Assembly: GCF_009914755.1 (NCBI RefSeq)
Contig: NC_060930.1
Strand: one strand, 5' to 3'
DNA: 64,000 bases
From: the human T2T-CHM13v2.0 reference genome, Homo sapiens
In this document: in pieces, positions 39,701 through 53,529 of the stretch
Layout of the letters: every line of letters begins with the position of its first letter
How positions within the stretch are numbered: position 1 is the first letter of the stretch
Notes under the pieces: model-generated
Database searches by the model: none
The model's input: the letters and a program-made list of their open reading frames with translations, nothing else
What the model was told of the DNA's origin: nothing
Made by a program: the position numbers and the translations under genes

Positions 39701-42700
39701 TTTCTTTTGATAGAGCGTTTCTGAAACACCCTTCTTGTAGTAGCTGCAAGTGGATATTTGGACCTATTGGAGGCCTTCTTTGGAAATGGGATTTCTTCAT
39801 GTAACTCTAGATTGAAGAGTTCTCAGAAACTCCTTTGTGATGTGTGCATTCAATTCAAAGAGTGAAACCTCCCTTTTCACAGAGCAGTTTTGAAACACTG
39901 TTTTTGTAGGATTTCCAAGGGGATATTTATAGCGCATTGAGCCTACGGCGGAAAAAGAAACATCTTCCTATAAAAACTAGACAGAATACTTCTCAGAATC
40001 TGCTTTGCGATGTGTGCGTTCAACTCACAGAGTAAAACTTTTCTTTTGATAGAGCAGTTTTGAAACACTCTTTTTGTAGTATTTGCATGTGTATATTTAG
40101 AGCGCATTGAAGCCCACAGTAGAAAAGGAAGTAACTTCACCTAAAACCTAGACAGAAGCAATCACAGAAACTACTTTGTGATGTGTACATTCAACTCACA
40201 GAGTGGAACTTTCCTCTTTATAGAGCAGTGTTGAAACACTCTTTTTGTAGAAACTGCAAGTGGATATTTGGACCTCTTTGAGGCCTTCGTTGGAAACGGG
40301 ATTTCTTCCTATAACCCTAGACAGAAGAATTTTCAGAAACCTCATTGTGATGTGTGCGTTCATCTCACAGAGTGGAGTCTTCCGTTTGATAGAGAAGTTT
40401 TGAAACCCTGTTCTTGTAGGATTTCCAAGTGGATATTTAGACCACTTTGAAGCCTATGATAGAAAAGGAAACATCTTCATGGAAAACATAGATAGAATCA
40501 TCCTCAGAAACAACTTTGTGATGTGTGCGTTGAACTCACCGTCTTTAACCTTTCTTTTGGTAGAGAAGTTTTGAAACACTCTCTTTGTAAAGTCTACAAG
40601 TGGATATTTTGAGCCCTTGGAGGCATTCTTTGGAAAAGGGAATGTCTTCACATAAAAGGCAGACGGAAGTGTTCTCAGAAACTGCTTTGTGATGTCTGTG
40701 TTCAACTCACAGAGTTTAACATTTCCTTTGATAGAGCGGTTTAGTAACCCTCTCTTTGTAGAATTTGGAAGTGTATACTAAGAGCGCTTTGAGGCCTATG
40801 GTAGAAAAGGAAATATCTTTCCTTAAAAGCTAGACAGAAGCAATCTCAGAAACTCCTCTGTGATGTCTGCATTCAACTCACCGAGTGGAACATTCCTCTT
40901 GATAGAGCAGTTTGGAAACACTCTTTCTGTAGAATCAGCTTGTTTGTATTTGGACCTCCTTGAGGCCTTCGTTGGAAACGGGTTTTCATCTTATAAACCC
41001 AGACAGAAGAATTCTCAGAGTCTTCTTTGTGATGTGTGCTTTCAACTCACCGAGATAAAGATTTCTCTTGATAGAGCAATTTGGAAACACTCTTTTTGTA
41101 GAATTTGCAAGGGTACATTGAGAGCGCTTTCAGGCCTATGGTAGAAAAGGGAATATCTTTCCATAAAAGGTAGACAGAAGCAATCTCAGAAACTACTTTG
41201 TGATGTGTGCATTCAACTCACCGAGTGCAACGTTCCTCTTGACCGAGCAGTTTGGAAACATTGTTTCTGTAGAATCTGCAAGTGGATATTTGGACCTCTT
41301 TGAGGCCTTCGTTGGAAACGGGATTTCTTCCTATAAACCCAGACAGAAGAATTCTCAGAGACTTCTTTGTGATGTGTGAATTCAACTCACAGTGTGGATC
41401 CTTCCTTTTGATAGAGCAGTTTTGAAACCCTGTTTTTGTAGTATTTCCAAGCGGATATTTGGAACGCCTTGAAGCGTATGGTAGAAAAGGAAATATCTTC
41501 CCATAAAACCTAGACAGAACCAATCTCAGAAACGACTTTGTGATGTCTGCATTCAACTCACAGAGTTGAACATTTCTCTTGATAGAGCAGTTTTGAAACC
41601 CTCTTTCTGAAGGATCTGCAAGTGGATATTTGGAACTCCTTTGGGTCTTCGTTGGAAACGGGATTTCTTCGTATAAATCTAGACAGAAGAATTCTCCGAA
41701 ACTTCTTTGGTTGTGTGCATTCAAGTCACAGAGTGGAACCTTCCTTTGGATAGAGCAGTTTGAAACGCCGTGGTTGTAGTATTTCCAAGCGGATATTAGA
41801 GCGCCTTGAGGCCTATGGTAGAAAAGGAAATATCTTCCCATAAAACCTAGACGGAAGCAATCTCAGAAACTACTGTGTGATGGCTGCATTCCACACACAC
41901 GGTGGAACATTTCTCTTGATAGAGCAGTTTTGAAACACTCTTTCTGTAGAATCTGCAAGTGGATAATTGGACCGCCTTGAGGCCTTCGTTGGAAACGGGA
42001 TTTCTTCATGTTACTCTAGATAGAAGAATTCTCAAACACTGCTATGTGATGTTTGCATTCAAGTCACAGAGTGCAACATTCCTCTTGGTAGAGCAGTTGG
42101 GAAACACTCCTTTTGTAGAATCTGCAATGGGATATTTGGACTTCTTTGAGGCCTTCGTTGGAAACGGGATTTCTTCGTATGAATCTAGACAGAAGAATTC
42201 TCAGAAACTTCCTTGTGATGTGTGCATTCAACTCAGCGAGTGGCACCTTCCTTTGGATACAGCAGTTTTGAAACACTGTTTTTGTAGTATTTCCAAGCGG
42301 ATATTTAGAGCGCCTTGAAGCCTATGCTAGAAATGGAAATATCTCCCCATAAAACCAAGACAGAAGCAATCTCAGAAACTAATGTGTGATGGCTGCATTC
42401 CACACACACGGTGGACCATTTCTCTTGATAGAGCAGTTTTGAAACACTCTTTCTGTAGAATCTGCAAGTGGATAATTGGACCTCCTAGAGGCCTTCGTTG
42501 GAAACGGGATTTCTTCATCTAAACCTACAGAGAAGAATTCTCAGTAACTTCTTCGGATGTGTGCATTCGACGCACAGAATGGAACATTCCCTTTGATAGA
42601 GCAGTTTTGAGACACCGTTTTTGTAGAATTCCCAAGTGGATATTTAGAGCACTTTGAAGTCTCTGCTAGAAAAGGAAACATCTTCATGTAAAAAGTAGAT

Positions 42701-45700
42701 AGAATCGTTCTCAGAAAGTGCTTAGTGACGTGTGCGTTCAACTCACAGAGTTTAACGTTTCTTTTGATAGAGCGTTTCTGAAACACCCTTCTTGTAGTAG
42801 CTGCAAGTGGATATTTGGACCTATTGGAGGCCTTCTTTGGAAACGGGATTTCTTCATGTAACTCTAGATTGAAGAATTCTCAGAAACTCCTTTGTGATGT
42901 GTGCATTCAATTCAAAGAGTGAAACCTCCCTTTTCACAGAGCAGTTTTGAAACACTGTTTTTGTAGGATTTCCAAGGGGATATTTATAGCGCATTGAGCC
43001 TACGGCGGAAAAAGAAACATCTTCCTATAAAAACCAGACAGAATACTTCTCAGAATCTGCTTTGCGATGTGTGCGTTCAACTCACAGAGTAAAACTTTTC
43101 TTTTGATAGAGCAGTTTTGAAACACTCTTTTTGTAGTATTTGCATGTGTATATTTAGAGCGCATTGAAGCCCACAGTAGAAAAGGAAATAACTTCACCTA
43201 AAACCTAGACAGAAGCAATCTCAGAAACTACTTTGTGATGTGTACATTCAACTCACAGAGTGGAACTTTCCTCTTTATAGAGCAGTGTTGAAACACTCTT
43301 TTTGTAGAAACTGCAAGTGGATATTTGGACCTCTTTGAGGCCTTCGTTGGAAACGGGATTTCTTCCTATAACCCTAGACAGAAGAATTTTCAGAAACCTC
43401 ATTGTGATGTGTGCGTTCATCTCACAGAGTGGAGTCTTCCGTTTGATAGAGAAGTTTTGAAACCCTGTTCTTGTAGGATTTCCAAGTGGATATTTAGACC
43501 ACTTTGAAGCCTATGATAGAAAAGGAAACATCTTCATGGAAAACATAGATAGAATCATTCTCAGAAACAACTTTGTGATGTGTGCGTTGAACTCACCGTC
43601 TTTAACCTTTCTTTTGGTAGAGAAGTTTTGAAACACTCTCTTTGTAAAGTCTACAAGTGGATATTTTGAGCCCTTGGAGGCATTCTTTGGAAAAGGGAAT
43701 GTCTTCACATAAAAGGCAGACGGAAGTGTTCTCAGAAACTGCTTTGTGATGTCTGTGTTCAACTCACAGAGTTTAACATTTCCTTTGATAGAGCGGTTTA
43801 GTAACCCTCTCTTTGTAGAATTTGGAAGTGTATACTAAGAGCGCTTTGAGGCCTATGGTAGAAAAGGAAATATCTTTCCATAAAAGCTAGACAGAAGCAA
43901 TCTCAGAAACTCCTTTGTGATGTCTGCATTCAACTCACCGAGTGGAACATTCCTCTTGATAGAGCAGTTTGGAAACACTCTTTCTGTAGAATCAGCTTGT
44001 TTGTATTTGGACCTCCTTGAGGCCTTCGTTGGAAACGGGTTTTCATCTTATAAACCCAGACAGAAGAATTCTCAGAGTCTTCTTTGTGATGTGTGCTTTC
44101 AACTCACCGAGATAAAGATTTCTCTTGATAGAGCAATTTGGAAACACTCTTTTTGTAGAATTTGCAAGGGTACATTGAGAGCGCTTTCAGGCCTATGGTA
44201 GAAAAGGGAATATCTTTCCATAAAAGGTAGACAGAAGCAATCTCAGAAACTACTTTGTGATGTGTGCATTCAACTCACCGAGTGCAACGTTCCTCTTGAC
44301 CGAGCAGTTTGGAAACATTGTTTCTGTAGAATCTGCAAGTGGATATTTGGACCTCTTTGAGGCCTTCGTTGGAAACGGGATTTCTTCCTATAAACCCAGA
44401 CAGAAGAATTCTCAGAGACTTCTTTGTGATGTGTGAATTCAACTCACAGTGTGGATCCTTCCTTTTGATAGAGCAGTTTTGAAACCCTGTTTTTGTAGTA
44501 TTTCCAAGCGGATATTTGGAACGCCTTGAAGCGTATGGTAGAAAAGGAAATATCTTCCCATAAAACCTAGACAGAACCAATCTCAGAAACGACTTTGTGA
44601 TGTCTGCATTCAAGTCACAGAGTTGAACATTTCTCTTGATAGAGCAGTTTTGAAACCCTCTTTCTGAAGGATCTGCAAGTGGATATTTGGAACTCCTTTG
44701 GGTCTTCGTTGGAAACGGGATTTCTTCGTATAAATCTAGACAGAAGAATTCTCCGAAACTTCTTTGGTTGTGTGCATTCAAGTCACAGAGTGGAACCTTC
44801 CTTTGGATAGAGCAGTTTGAAACGCCGTGGTTGTAGTATTTCCAAGCGGATATTAGAGCGCCTTGAGGCCTATGGTAGAAAAGGAAATATCTTCCCATAA
44901 AACCTAGACGGAAGCAATCTCAGAAACTACTGTGTGATGGCTGCATTCCACACACACGGTGGAACATTTCTCTTGATAGAGCAGTTTTGAAACACTCTTT
45001 CTGTAGAATCTGCAAGTGGATAATTGGACCGCCTTGAGGCCTTCGTTGGAAACGGGATTTCTTCATGTTACTCTAGATAGAAGAATTCTCAAACACTGCT
45101 ATGTGATGTTTGCATTCAAGTCACAGAGTGCAACATTCCTCTTGGTAGAGCAGTTGGGAAACACTCCTTTTGTAGAATCTGCAATGGGATATTTGGACTT
45201 CTTTGAGGCCTTCGTTGGAAACGGGATTTCTTCGTATGAATCTAGACAGAAGAATTCTCAGAAACTTCCTTGTGATGTGTGCATTCAACTCAGCGAGTGG
45301 CACCTTCCTTTGGATACAGCAGTTTTGAAACACTGTTTTTGTAGTATTTCCAAGCGGATATTTAGAGCGCCTTGAAGCCTATGCTAGAAATGGAAATATC
45401 TCCCCATAAAACCAAGACAGAAGCAATCTCAGAAACTAATGTGTGATGGCTGCATTCCACACACACGGTGGACCATTTCTCTTGATAGAGCAGTTTTGAA
45501 ACACTCTTTCTGTAGAATCTGCAAGTGGATAATTGGACCTCCTAGAGGTCTTCGTTGGAAACGGGATTTCTTCATCTAAACCTACAGAGAAGAATTCTCA
45601 GTAACTTCTTCGGATGTGTGCATTCGACTCACAGAATGGAACATTCCCTTTGATAGAGCAGTTTTGAGACACCGTTTTTGTAGAATTCCCAAGTGGATAT

Positions 45701-45876
45701 TTAGAGCACTTTGAAGTCTCTGCTAGAAAAGGAAACATCTTCATGTAAAAAGTAGATAGAATCGTTCTCAGAAAGTGCTTAGTGACGTGTGCGTTCAACT
45801 CACAGAGTTTAACGTTTCTTTTGATAGAGCGTTTCTGAAACACCCTTCTTGTAGTAGCTGCAAGTGGATATTTGGA
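36706..45876 (+). repeat. HOR units U14-U16, three 18-mers (starts 36706, 39763, 42820)
   Basis: Marker ORF 36886 -> 39943 -> 43000 -> 46057. Confidence 0.95.
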
Positions 45877-48800
45877 CCTATTGGAGGCCTTCTTTGGAAA
45901 TGGGATTTCTTCATGTAACTCTAGATTGAAGAGTTCTCAGAAACTCCTTTGTGATGTGTGCATTCAATTCAAAGAGTGAAACCTCCCTTTTCACAGAGCA
46001 GTTTTGAAACACTGTTTTTGTAGGATTTCCAAGGGGATATTTATAGCGCATTGAGCCTACGGCGGAAAAAGAAACATCTTCCTATAAAAACTAGACAGAA
46101 TACTTCTCAGAATCTGCTTTGCGATGTGTGCGTTCAACTCACAGAGTAAAACTTTTCTTTTGATAGAGCAGTTTTGAAACACTCTTTTTGTAGTATTTGC
46201 ATGTGTATATTTAGAGCGCATTGAAGCCCACAGTAGAAAAGGAAATAACTTCACCTAAAACCTAGACAGAAGCAATCACAGAAACTACTTTGTGATGTGT
46301 ACATTCAACTCACAGAGTGGAACTTTCCTCTTTATAGAGCAGTGTTGAAACACTCTTTTTGTAGAAACTGCAAGTGGATATTTGGACCTCTTTGAGGCCT
46401 TCGTTGGAAACGGGATTTCTTCCTATAACCCTAGACAGAAGAATTTTCAGAAACCTCATTGTGATGTGTGCGTTCATCTCACAGAGTGGAGTCTTCCGTT
46501 TGATAGAGAAGTTTTGAAACCCTGTTCTTGTAGGATTTCCAAGTGGATATTTAGACCACTTTGAAGCCTATGATAGAAAAGGAAACATCTTCATGGAAAA
46601 CATAGATAGAATCATCCTCAGAAACAACTTTGTGATGTGTGCGTTGAACTCACCGTCTTTAACCTTTCTTTTGGTAGAGAAGTTTTGAAACACTCTCTTT
46701 GTAAAGTCTACAAGTGGATATTTTGAGCCCTTGGAGGCATTCTTTGGAAAAGGGAATGTCTTCACATAAAAGGCAGACGGAAGTGTTCTCAGAAACTGCT
46801 TTGTGATGTCTGTGTTCAACTCACAGAGTTTAACATTTCCTTTGATAGAGCGGTTTAGTAACCCTCTCTTTGTAGAATTTGGAAGTGTATACTAAGAGCG
46901 CTTTGAGGCCTATGGTAGAAAAGGAAATATCTTTCCATAAAAGCTAGACAGAAGCAATCTCAGAAACTCCTCTGTGATGTCAGCATTCAACTCACCGAGT
47001 GGAACATTCCTCTTGAGAGAGCAGTTTGGAAACACTCTTTCTGTAGAATCAGCTTGTTTGTATTTGGACCTCCTTGAGGCCTTCGTTGGAAACGGGTTTT
47101 CATCTTATAAACCCAGACAGAAGAATTCTCAGAGTCTTCTTTGTGATGTGTGCTTTCAACTCACCGAGATAAAGATTTCTCTTGATAGAGCAATTTGGAA
47201 ACACTCTTTTTGTAGAATTTGCAAGGGTACATTGAGAGCGTTTTCAGGCCTATGGTAGAAAAGGGAATATCTTTCCATAAAAGGTAGACAGAAGCAATCT
47301 CAGAAACTACTTTGTGATGTGTGCATTCAACTCACCGAGTGCAACGTTCCTCTTGACCGAGCAGTTTGGAAACATTGTTTCTGTAGAATCTGCAAGTGGA
47401 TATTTGGACCTCTTTGAGGCCTTCGTTGGAAACGGGATTTCTTCCTATAAACCCAGACAGAAGAATTCTCAGAGACTTCTTTGTGATGTGTGAATTCAAC
47501 TCACAGTGTGGATCCTTCCTTTTGATAGAGCAGTTTTGAAACCCTGTTTTTGTAGTATTTCCAAGCGGATATTTGGAACGCCTTGAAGCGTATGGTAGAA
47601 AAGGAAATATCTTCCCATAAAACCTAGACAGAACCAATCTCAGAAACGACTTTGTGATGTCTGCATTCAAGTCACAGAGTTGAACATTTCTCTTGATAGA
47701 GCAGTTTTGAAACCCTCTTTCTGAAGGATCTGCAAGTGGATATTTGGAACTCCTTTGGGTCTTCGTTGGAAACGGGATTTCTTCGTATAAATCTAGACAG
47801 AAGAATTCTCAGAAACTTCCTTGTGATGTGTGCATTCAACTCAGCGAGTGGCACCTTCCTTTGGATACAGCAGTTTTGAAACACTGTTTTTGTAGTATTT
47901 CCAAGCGGATATTTAGAGCGCCTTGAAGCCTATGCTAGAAATGGAAATATCTCCCCATAAAACCAAGACGGAAGCAATCTCAGAAACTAATGTGTGATGG
48001 CTGCATTCCACACACACGGTGGACCATTTCTCTTGATAGAGCAGTTTTGAAACACTCTTTCTGTAGAATCTGCAAGTGGATAATTGGACCTCCGAGAGGC
48101 CTTCGTTGGAAACGGGATTTCTTCATCTAAACCTACAGAGAAGTATTCTCAGTAACTTCTTCGGATGTGTGCATTCGACGCACAGAATGGAACATTCCCT
48201 TTGATAGAGCAGTTTTGAGACACCGTTTTTGTAGAATTCCCAAGTGGATATTTAGAGCACTTTGAAGTCTCTGCTAGAAAAGGAAACATCTTCATGTAAA
48301 AAGTAGATAGAATCGTTCTCAGAAAGTGCTTAGTGTCGTGTGCGTTCAACTCACAGAGTTTAACGTTTCTTTTGATAGAGCGTTTCTGAAACACCCTTCT
48401 TGTAGTAGCTGCAAGTGGATATTTGGACCTATTGGAGGCCTTCTTTGGAAATGGGATTTCTTCATGTAACTCTAGGTTGAAGAATTCTCAGAAACTCCTT
48501 TGTGATGTGTGCATTCAATTCAAAGAGTGAAACCTCTCTTTTCACAGAGCAGTTTTGAAACACTGTTTTTGTAGGATTTCCAAGGGGATATTTATAGCGC
48601 ATTGAGCCTACGGCGGAAAAAGAAACATCTTCCTATAAAAACTAGACAGAATACTTCTCAGAATCTGCTTTGCGATGTGTGCGTTCAACTCACAGAGTAA
48701 AACTTTTCTTTTGATAGAGCAGTTTTGAAACACTCTTTTTGTAGTATTTGCATGTGTATATTTAGAGCGCATTGAAGCCCACAGTAGAAAAGGAAATAAC

Positions 48801-51800
48801 TTCACCTAAAACCTAGACAGAAGCAATCACAGAAACTACTTTGTGATGTGTACATTCAACTCACAGAGTGGAACTTTCCTCTTTATAGAGCAGTGTTGAA
48901 ACACTCTTTTTGTAGAAACTGCAAGTGGATATTTGGACCTCTTTGAGGCCTTCGTTGGAAACGGGATTTCTTCCTATAACCCTAGACAGAAGAATTTTCA
49001 GAAACCTCATTGTGATGTGTGCGTTCATCTCACAGAGTGGAGTCTTCCGTTTGATAGAGAAGTTTTGAAACCCTGTTCTTGTAGGATTTCCAAGTGGATA
49101 TTTAGACCACTTTGAAGCCTATGATAGAAAAGGAAACATCTTCATGGAAAACATAGATAGAATCATCCTCAGAAACAACTTTGTGATGTGTGCGTTGAAC
49201 TCACCGTCTTTAACCTTTCTTTTGGTAGAGAAGTTTTGAAACACTCTCTTTGTAAAGTCTACAAGTGGATATTTTGAGCCCTTGGAGGCATTCTTTGGAA
49301 AAGGGAATGTCTTCACATAAAAGGCAGACGGAAGTGTTCTCAGAAACTGCTTTGTGATGTCTGTGTTCAACTCACAGAGTTTAACATTTCCTTTGATAGA
49401 GCGGTTTAGTAACCCTCTCTTTGTAGAATTTGGAAGTGTATACTAAGAGCGCTTTGAGGCCTATGGTAGAAAAGGAAATATCTTTCCATAAAAGCTAGAC
49501 AGAAGCAATCTCAGAAACTCCTCTGTGATGTCTGCATTCAACTCACCGAGTGGAACATTCCTCTTGAGAGAGCAGTTTGGAAACACTCTTTCTGTAGAAT
49601 CAGCTTGTTTGTATTTGGACCTCCTTGAGGCCTTCGTTGGAAACGGGTTTTCATCTTATAAACCCAGACAGAAGAATTCTCAGAGTCTTCTTTGTGATGT
49701 GTGCTTTCAACTCACCGAGATAAAGATTTCTCTTGATAGAGCAATTTGGAAACACTCTTTTTGTAGAATTTGCAAGGGTACATTGAGAGCGCTTTCAGGC
49801 CTATGGTAGAAAAGGGAATATCTTTCCATAAAAGGTAGACAGAAGCAATCTCAGAAACTACTTTGTGATGTGTGCATTCAACTCACCGAGTGCAACGTTC
49901 CTCTTGACCGAGCAGTTTGGAAACATTGTTTCTGTAGAATCTGCAAGTGGATATTTGGACCTCTTTGAGGCCTTCGTTGGAAACGGGATTTCTTCCTATA
50001 AACCCAGACAGAAGAATTCTCAGAGACTTCTTTGTGATGTGTGAATTCAACTCACAGTGTGGATCCTTCCTTTTGATAGAGCAGTTTTGAAACCCTGTTT
50101 TTGTAGTATTTCCAAGCGGATATTTGGAACGCCTTGAAGCGTATGGTAGAAAAGGAAATATCTTCCCATAAAACCTAGACAGAACCAATCTCAGAAACGA
50201 CTTTGTGATGTCTGCATTCAAGTCACAGAGTTGAACATTTCTCTTGATAGAGCAGTTTTGAAACCCTCTTTCTGAAGGATCTGCAAGTGGATATTTGGAA
50301 CTCCTTTGGGTCTTCGTTGGAAACGGGATTTCTTCGTATAAATCTAGACAGAAGAATTCTCAGAAACTTCCTTGTGATGTGTGCATTCAACTCAGCGAGT
50401 GGCACCTTCCTTTGGATACAGCAGTTTTGAAACACTGTTTTTGTAGTATTTCCAAGCGGATATTTAGAGCGCCTTGAAGCCTATGCTAGAAATGGAAATA
50501 TCTCCCCATAAAACCAAGACGGAAGCAATCTCAGAAACTAATGTGTGATGGCTGCATTCCACACACACGGTGGACCATTTCTCTTGATAGAGCAGTTTTG
50601 AAACACTCTTTCTGTAGAATCTGCAAGTGGATAATTGGACCTCCTAGAGGCCTTCGTTGGAAACGGGATTTCTTCATCTAAACCTACAGAGAAGTATTCT
50701 CAGTAACTTCTTCGGATGTGTGCATTCGACGCACAGAATGGAACATTCCCTTTGATAGAGCAGTTTTGAGACACCGTTTTTGTAGAATTCCCAAGTGGAT
50801 ATTTAGAGCACTTTGAAGTCTCTGCTAGAAAAGGAAACATCTTCATGTAAAAAGTAGATAGAATCGTTCTCAGAAAGTGCTTAGTGTCGTGTGCGTTCAA
50901 CTCACAGAGTTTAACGTTTCTTTTGATAGAGCGTTTCTGAAACACCCTTCTTGTAGTAGCTGCAAGTGGATATTTGGACCTATTGGAGGCCTTCTTTGGA
51001 AATGGGATTTCTTCATGTAACTCTAGATTGAAGAATTCTCAGAAACTCCTTTGTGATGTGTGCATTCAATTCAAAGAGTGAAACCTCTCTTTTCACAGAG
51101 CAGTTTTGAAACACTGTTTTTGTAGGATTTCCAAGGGGATATTTATAGCGCATTGAGCCTACGGCGGAAAAAGAAACATCTTCCTATAAAAACTAGACAG
51201 AATACTTCTCAGAATCTGCTTTGCGATGTGTGCGTTCAACTCACAGAGTAAAACTTTTCTTTTGATAGAGCAGTTTTGAAACACTCTTTTTGTAGTATTT
51301 GCATGTGTATATTTAGAGCGCATTGAAGCCCACAGTAGAAAAGGAAATAACTTCACCTAAAACCTAGACAGAAGCAATCACAGAAACTACTTTGTGATGT
51401 GTACATTCAACTCACAGAGTGGAACTTTCCTCTTTATAGAGCAGTGTTGAAACACTCTTTTTGTAGAAACTGCAAGTGGATATTTGGACCTCTTTGAGGC
51501 CTTCGTTGGAAACGGGATTTCTTCCTATAACCCTAGACAGAAGAATTTTCAGAAACCTCATTGTGATGTGTGCGTTCATCTCACAGAGTGGAGTCTTCCG
51601 TTTGATAGAGAAGTTTTGAAACCCTGTTCTTGTAGGATTTCCAAGTGGATATTTAGACCACTTTGAAGCCTATGATAGAAAAGGAAACATCTTCATGGAA
51701 AACATAGATAGAATCATCCTCAGAAACAACTTTGTGATGTGTGCGTTGAACTCACCGTCTTTAACCTTTCTTTTGGTAGAGAAGTTTTGAAACACTCTCT

Positions 51801-53529
51801 TTGTAAAGTCTACAAGTGGATATTTTGAGCCCTTGGAGGCATTCTTTGGAAAAGGGAATGTCTTCACATAAAAGGCAGACGGAAGTGTTCTCAGAAACTG
51901 CTTTGTGATGTCTGTGTTCAACTCACAGAGTTTAACATTTCCTTTGATAGAGCGGTTTAGTAACCCTCTCTTTGTAGAATTTGGAAGTGTATACTAAGAG
52001 CGCTTTGAGGCCTATGGTAGAAAAGGAAATATCTTTCCATAAAAGCTAGACAGAAGCAATCTCAGAAACTCCTCTGTGATGTCTGCATTCAACTCACCGA
52101 GTGGAACATTCCTCTTGAGAGAGCAGTTTGGAAACACTCTTTCTGTAGAATCAGCTTGTTTGTATTTGGACCTCCTTGAGGCCTTCGTTGGAAACGGGTT
52201 TTCATCTTATAAACCCAGACAGAAGAATTCTCAGAGTCTTCTTTGTGATGTGTGCTTTCAACTCACCGAGATAAAGATTTCTCTTGATAGAGCAATTTGG
52301 AAACACTCTTTTTGTAGAATTTGCAAGGGTACATTGAGAGCGCTTTCAGGCCTATGGTAGAAAAGGGAATATCTTTCCATAAAAGGTAGACAGAAGCAAT
52401 CTCAGAAACTACTTTGTGATGTGTGCATTCAACTCACCGAGTGCAACGTTCCTCTTGACCGAGCAGTTTGGAAACATTGTTTCTGTAGAATCTGCAAGTG
52501 GATATTTGGACCTCTTTGAGGCCTTCGTTGGAAACGGGATTTCTTCCTATAAACCCAGACAGAAGAATTCTCAGAGACTTCTTTGTGATGTGTGAATTCA
52601 ACTCACAGTGTGGATCCTTCCTTTTGATAGAGCAGTTTTGAAACCCTGTTTTTGTAGTATTTCCAAGCGGATATTTGGAACGCCTTGAAGCGTATGGTAG
52701 AAAAGGAAATATCTTCCCATAAAACCTAGACAGAACCAATCTCAGAAACGACTTTGTGATGTCTGCATTCAAGTCACAGAGTTGAACATTTCTCTTGATA
52801 GAGCAGTTTTGAAACCCTCTTTCTGAAGGATCTGCAAGTGGATATTTGGAACTCCTTTGGGTCTTCGTTGGAAACGGGATTTCTTCGTATAAATCTAGAC
52901 AGAAGAATTCTCAGAAACTTCCTTGTGATGTGTGCATTCAACTCAGCGAGTGGCACCTTCCTTTGGATACAGCAGTTTTGAAACACTGTTTTTGTAGTAT
53001 TTCCAAGCGGATATTTAGAGCGCCTTGAAGCCTATGCTAGAAATGGAAATATCTCCCCATAAAACCAAGACGGAAGCAATCTCAGAAACTAACGTGTGAT
53101 GGCTGCATTCCACACACACGGTGGACCATTTCTCTTGATAGAGCAGTTTTGAAACACTCTTTCTGTAGAATCTGCAAGTGGATAATTGGACCTCCTAGAG
53201 GCCTTCGTTGGAAACGGGATTTCTTCATCTAAACCTACAGAGAAGTATTCTCAGTAACTTCTTCGGATGTGTGCATTCGACGCACAGAATGGAACATTCC
53301 CTTTGATAGAGCAGTTTTGAGACACCGTTTTTGTAGAATTCCCAAGTGGATATTTAGAGCACTTTGAAGTCTCTGCTAGAAAAGGAAACATCTTCATGTA
53401 AAAAGTAGATAGAATCGTTCTCAGAAAGTGCTTAGTGTCGTGTGCGTTCAACTCACAGAGTTTAACGTTTCTTTTGATAGAGCGTTTCTGAAACACCCTT
53501 CTTGTAGTAGCTGCAAGTGGATATTTGGA
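45877..53529 (+). repeat. HOR units U17-U19, three 15-mers (starts 45877, 48428, 50979)
   Basis: Marker ORF 46057 -> 48608 -> 51159 -> 53710. Confidence 0.95.
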
